DNA of 64,000 nt from Candidatus Micrarchaeia archaeon. GTDB taxonomy: Archaea; Micrarchaeota; Micrarchaeia; Anstonellales; Bilamarchaeaceae. How positions within the stretch are numbered: position 1 is the first letter of the stretch; every line of letters begins with the position of its first letter. Positions 59,781-64,000 of this stretch are shown here, in pieces. Made by a program: the position numbers and the translations under genes. The DNA lies in contig JBKHJL010000001.1 in assembly GCA_046538155.1 (NCBI GenBank), forward strand, positions 426 through 64,425, in the 5' to 3' direction. The notes below the pieces were generated by a model that had not been told where the DNA came from, made no database searches, and saw nothing but the letters and a program-made list of their open reading frames with translations.

Positions 59781-62063
59781 TTATTCAAGGTCTTCAATGG
59801 TCTTTTCCCATTCCCCGACAACATCCTTTACCTTTGCCCGGTCGGATATTACTAGGGCCTGGTGGTTTTTGTATTCCAGATAAACTGCGGCATTCTTTTC
59901 TCCGGAAACCATGAACCGCTTTACCTGGGCCGCTCCCATTTTTTTTGAGAGCACTCTGACATGCTCTTGAAGTTTCAGGAAGAGCACATCAGCAACAGAT
60001 TTCTTTCCTTTTGGGAAAGAATTATAAACCTCAACGTCTTCTGAAAGGAGGACTGCCTGTTTTATGCTTTTCTTTTTCAGCATCTCACGCAATCTCTTTT
60101 CCAGGAACTTGTCCACTTTTATTTCTCTCCTGACAATAACATCTCCCTCAAGCAAATACCCTTTCTTGCGGTGCTCGCTTATGTATTTTTCAACTGCCCA
60201 CTCCCTCCATTGCATCGGAATGAAGAGCAGCGTGTTCATCGGGACCCGCTCATTTCCAGAGAGGGCCCGCTCAAGCTCTTCCTTCCATTCCGGCCATTTC
60301 TCCTCCATTATTTCCACTTTCTCGTCAAGCCGCTTTTCCAGGGTCCCCATCCTTTCTTTGTTAAACCGTATCAGCTGTTTTGCCATCCCCTGTTTTCCCG
60401 AGGCAATCATTTGCTCCAGCCTTTCTATGGGAACAGACACAATCATTGCATACTCGTCCCCCACCTTCATCCCTGTTTTGGAAAGGTCTTCAATCCTCAT
60501 TTTCAGGGCCTGCCAGTGCTCCCTGAGCTCTGCCAGTTCCTCCAGGTTCTCCTCTTTTGTGGCGCCCTTGAGCGCATAGTAGTCGCTACCTGTCATGAAG
60601 CCTTTCAGTACATCCTCTACTACAAGGAAGATGATATATACCCCGATTACAAAGACAAGGATTACTATTGCGCCTGCAAAATCTGAGCCAATGGTTGCCA
60701 TTAGGTTCTCTGCTTCAAATGCCCGAGATTCAACAGGGGCAGTATAGAACATATTTGCCAATACTGCCAGCAGGACCAGGGCAAAACCCACCCCTGCATA
60801 TATCCTCCAGTCGGACATGGGGGCCCCGTATGCATCAAGCAGTGCCTCTTTTGAATCCCTGCGGTCAATGCCTGCCTTTATTGTGTGGTATATTGTTTCC
60901 AGTATCAGCATTGCCAGGAAAAACAGGATCAGCCATACTGAAATAGCCGCCCCTATTGCAGGGTAGTATCCCAGGAAAAGGAAAAGGGAAAACATCCCTG
61001 CAGAAAAGGAAAATATAAAGTTCCCGATCGGGTTTTCATAGAATTCATTGAAGTATTTTATCGCGGAAAGTTTCCTTTCCCGGACACCGGGAAATTTCCA
61101 TTTTCCCATTACTGATTCGTCCGGAGTTGTTTCCGAAGTAAAGCTGTAATACACAAATTTCCCTGAGAAATCCGCCCCTACTTTGTTCCACCCTACGGTG
61201 AGCGGGTCCTGCTCATAAATCTTCCCGTTCCCAAGGACTTCAAGGGAAAATGGCTCCACGGAAACAAGCGCAGGCGGACTGTCCTTTATATAAAGCTCAA
61301 CCGTGTCCTCACTTTCTCCGTTTTTGATGAATATCAATACTTTGTAATCATACTGGGCAGGAGACATTTCCACGTCCCCTATTTTTGAGAGCCCCCCGCT
61401 TAGTTTTGAAATATTGTACTCTGGCTGGCTACATGCGCCGAAACCAGCACCGTTGAAAAGAAGGTTTGCCTTCATAGCGCCGGAGATAGCAATCATCGTG
61501 CTCAGTTTTCCTGCAAGAACGTCCTTTTTCTCCTGTGTTGCAATCGAGTCAATTTCTCCTATCTCTTCCGCGACCCTGTCAAGTTCATTCCCATAGTGGT
61601 TGAAAAGATACAGCTCCCTGCCCAGCGCTTCTTCATTGTATTTTTTTGCGTTTTCGCAGGCCGTAGTGGTGCAGGAAGAAAGGCAGGATTCCTCATCCCG
61701 GCACCCATTAATATTCAGTAAGGCTGCGCAGGCAGATTCTCCTGCTTTTCTTTCCTCCTGGAATTCTGCCACGTCCTGTTTGATTTCCGAGAGGTCCATG
61801 CCGGTCATGGGTCGGTATCCTGTGATGCCCAAATCAAAAGACACAGGGTATGTTATGACGGTCTTCTGCATATATATGCCCAGGTCCTTATCTATTGATT
61901 CCGGGCCGTATTCGTATGTTTTTATCTCCGCTGTCCCATCTCCGTTTATATCCTCTCCTGAAATACTCTGGACCTGCTCGTAACCGGTTATGCTTACCTG
62001 TCTCTCTTCAACACACCCGTAAAACAGAAGGGAGAACAAAAGGAGTATAGTCAGCCATTGCAT
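59781..62063 (-). CDS. Large membrane lipoprotein of unknown function
   Basis: FYGC lipobox-like start, extracellular domain, 3-4 central TMs, cytoplasmic coiled/globular C-terminus. Confidence 0.75.
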   Translation of the reverse strand: MQWLTILLLFSLLFYGCVEERQVSITGYEQVQSISGEDINGDGTAEIKTYEYGPESIDKDLGIYMQKTVITYPVSFDLGITGYRPMTGMDLSEIKQDVAEFQEERKAGESACAALLNINGCRDEESCLSSCTTTACENAKKYNEEALGRELYLFNHYGNELDRVAEEIGEIDSIATQEKKDVLAGKLSTMIAISGAMKANLLFNGAGFGACSQPEYNISKLSGGLSKIGDVEMSPAQYDYKVLIFIKNGESEDTVELYIKDSPPALVSVEPFSLEVLGNGKIYEQDPLTVGWNKVGADFSGKFVYYSFTSETTPDESVMGKWKFPGVRERKLSAIKYFNEFYENPIGNFIFSFSAGMFSLFLFLGYYPAIGAAISVWLILFFLAMLILETIYHTIKAGIDRRDSKEALLDAYGAPMSDWRIYAGVGFALVLLAVLANMFYTAPVESRAFEAENLMATIGSDFAGAIVILVFVIGVYIIFLVVEDVLKGFMTGSDYYALKGATKEENLEELAELREHWQALKMRIEDLSKTGMKVGDEYAMIVSVPIERLEQMIASGKQGMAKQLIRFNKERMGTLEKRLDEKVEIMEEKWPEWKEELERALSGNERVPMNTLLFIPMQWREWAVEKYISEHRKKGYLLEGDVIVRREIKVDKFLEKRLREMLKKKSIKQAVLLSEDVEVYNSFPKGKKSVADVLFLKLQEHVRVLSKKMGAAQVKRFMVSGEKNAAVYLEYKNHQALVISDRAKVKDVVGEWEKTIEDLE

Positions 62064-62226
62064 GTCAAAATTTAGAAGATTTAGCTTATAAACCTTTGTT
62101 TGTCAGCCCCAAAAGCCCACCGTCGTAAAAACACTCCTATCCACAGGCGTTTCCAGGAACTCCGCTATCCCCTGCGTTTTGCCCTGATTAAAGCATTTAA
62201 ATTTTGGTACTGTTCAACTTAACAGG

Positions 62227-63543
62227 ATGGACAAGAAGAAGGTACTGGGGAAGATTGCCCCTTCCCGCCAGGAGACTGCCAGGGCAAAGAAAATTGCCAG
62301 GGATATCCAGAAAGCCCTGCTGAGGCACCTGCCCGGTAATGTGAAAACTGCGCTTGCCGGTTCAGTTGCAAAGGGCACTTTCCTGAAAGGGGCAGGGGAT
62401 ATTGACCTTTTTGCAGTTTTCCCCAAAACATATACAAAAGAAGGAATGTTCAAAAAGCTGGAGAGCGCAGCTAAAAAGGCGTTTCCGGATGCCCCCAGGG
62501 AAACAGGGTACGCAGAGCACCCCTACCTCCGCATCTTTCTTGACGGGAAGCGCATTGATCTTGTCCCATCCTACAAAATGAAGCCGGGCGACAGGATAAA
62601 GTCTTCTGTGGACCGCTCCCAGCTCCACACAGAATATGTCCTGGACAAGATGAAGCCCGCTCAGCAGAGGGAAGTGCTTCTTCTGAAGCAGTTCCTGAAA
62701 GCGAACCTTCTTTATGGCGCGGAAATAAAGAGAAAAGGGTTTTCCGGCTATCTTTGCGAGCTCATGGTCTTGTATTATGGGGATTTTGAAAAAGTTCTGG
62801 AGGCGGCATCAAAATGGAAGCCCCCTGTGGCCCTGGACCCGGAAAACCACTACGGCACTTCCAGGACAATCCCTGATTTCGGGGCTCCCCTCACTGTAAT
62901 AGACCCGGTTGACCTTACCCGCAACGTTTCCGCTGTAATTACTCGTGATAATCTGGGCAGGTTTATGCTTCTTGCCTCCAGCTACCTGGAAAACCCCTCA
63001 GAAAGGTATTTTTTCCCCCCAGCCTTGGGCAGGGAAGAGCTCAGGGAAAAAACAGAAGGGAGGTTTTTGTTTGCCCTGTGTTTTGAAAGGCCGGAAATAG
63101 TTGATGACGTGATGTGGGGGCAGCTCTGGAGGGTTGCCGGAAGGCTGGAATCCTTCCTGAAGAAGGCGGAGTTCGTTGTTCTGGGCACACACCCCTACGC
63201 GACAGAGTCCGTCTGCCTGCTGCTTTTTGAGCTGCGCTCACCGGTACTGCCCAAAACCAGGATATTCAGGGGCCCGTTTCTGGACCAGCACCAGCACATA
63301 TCTCATTTCATAAAGAAGCACACACGCCCTTTCTTTTTTGAGCATGGCAGAATCAATGCGATAGAGGAACGCGAGCTCCGGGACATCTCTCTTGCAATAA
63401 AGCGGTTCAGAAAAGGGAAGACGTTCCCCTCCCATTTCCAGCCCCTTGTGCCCAAAGCGAAGTTTTTTGCGGTAGATTCAATACTTGAGGATTATCCGGG
63501 AGCCCTTGAAGAATACTTCAGGGTTAACTGGGTGCCGCGCTGA
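62227..63543 (+). CDS. cca: Archaeal CCA-adding enzyme
   Basis: GSVAKGT...DIDLF, YAEHPY, DLVP, VDRSQLH, GFSGYLCEL. Confidence 0.95.
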   Translation: MDKKKVLGKIAPSRQETARAKKIARDIQKALLRHLPGNVKTALAGSVAKGTFLKGAGDIDLFAVFPKTYTKEGMFKKLESAAKKAFPDAPRETGYAEHPYLRIFLDGKRIDLVPSYKMKPGDRIKSSVDRSQLHTEYVLDKMKPAQQREVLLLKQFLKANLLYGAEIKRKGFSGYLCELMVLYYGDFEKVLEAASKWKPPVALDPENHYGTSRTIPDFGAPLTVIDPVDLTRNVSAVITRDNLGRFMLLASSYLENPSERYFFPPALGREELREKTEGRFLFALCFERPEIVDDVMWGQLWRVAGRLESFLKKAEFVVLGTHPYATESVCLLLFELRSPVLPKTRIFRGPFLDQHQHISHFIKKHTRPFFFEHGRINAIEERELRDISLAIKRFRKGKTFPSHFQPLVPKAKFFAVDSILEDYPGALEEYFRVNWVPR

Positions 63544-63546
63544 TTT

Positions 63547-63566
63547 GTTGTAACCATGGTTACAAC
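63547..63566. promoter_or_regulatory. Perfect 20-bp palindrome GTTGTAACCATGGTTACAAC, copy 2
   Basis: Intergenic between cca and purP; core identical to 12984-12999. Confidence 0.65.
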
Positions 63567-63626
63567 TCTCGCAAACCCTCAACTCTTTTATTCCTATTCG
63601 TGCAGATATTTCCCAAGGTGAGCAAT

Positions 63627-64000
63627 ATGTTTATTTCAACACTGGGAAGCCATTCCGCATTGGATGTTTCAGAGGGGGCAAAAGCAGAAGGCTACAAGTC
63701 CCTGGTTGTCTGCAGGAAAGACCGGGAGATTACTTATTCAAAGCACTATAAAACCCGCAGGCGCGGCTCCCGGGAACTCGGAGTTGTGGATGAGGTAATT
63801 CTTGTAGACAAGTTCACGGATATGGTGAAGCCCGAAGTCCAGGACCAGCTAAGGGATTCTGTTTTCATCCCCAACCGCTCCTTTTCAGTTTATGTGGGTT
63901 ATGACAACATTGAAAATAATTTCAAGACTCCAATTTTCGGAAATAAATATCTTCTCCGCGCAGAGGAGCGCACTGCAAAAAACAACCAGTATGACCTGCT
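63627..64000 (+). CDS. purP: PurP-like formate-dependent AICAR formyltransferase (runs off the window)
   Basis: Translated by hand: MFISTLGSHSALDVSEGAKAEG...FIPNRSFSVYVGYD..FGNKYLLRAEER; AAGGTGA SD. Confidence 0.88.
   Translation, partial: MFISTLGSHSALDVSEGAKAEGYKSLVVCRKDREITYSKHYKTRRRGSRELGVVDEVILVDKFTDMVKPEVQDQLRDSVFIPNRSFSVYVGYDNIENNFKTPIFGNKYLLRAEERTAKNNQYDL

Noticed and set aside
62100..62190. Possible sRNA between the large membrane gene and cca, sharing cgtcgtaaaa with ~26893
   Set aside because: A 10-nt match and weak structure; insufficient support

Overview
Archaeal chromosomal window, most likely a DPANN archaeon of the Micrarchaeota type. This is an inference from uL16/L10e, archaeal ValRS/HisRS/CCA enzyme, PolB, ScpA/B, form III-type RuBisCO, class III signal-peptide pilins, Cys-rich DSDGG-repeat lipoproteins and GGTGA Shine-Dalgarno motifs. 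Most of the window is housekeeping: eno, ttuA, valS, pyrC, hisS, ogg, nrdR-nrdD-nrdG, pckA, rbcL, sor, rad50-like, polB, gyrB-gyrA, cca, purP. The most unusual region is 32.46-35.79 kb, a ~3.15 kb element bounded by a 23-bp direct repeat. That repeat is not a tRNA end. It is the guide plus D box of a predicted long box C/D sRNA whose guides are complementary to the SSU rRNA C1402 region and 3' end. The element is flanked by tandem GTTYCSR heptamers and carries three things: a small tyrosine integrase split by a 55-nt hairpin, a DUF3800-like gene with an adjacent structured RNA, and a gene with the hallmarks of an orphan diversity-generating-retroelement target. Other notable signals are a 16-bp perfect palindrome repeated 50 kb apart, tandem bacterial-type NrdR boxes over an archaeal TATA box, a split NrdD, a ubiquitin-like domain fused to TtuA, and a junction at ~19.44 kb where two divergent genes both lack their 5' ends. 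All assignments come from reading the sequence; no database searches were run.
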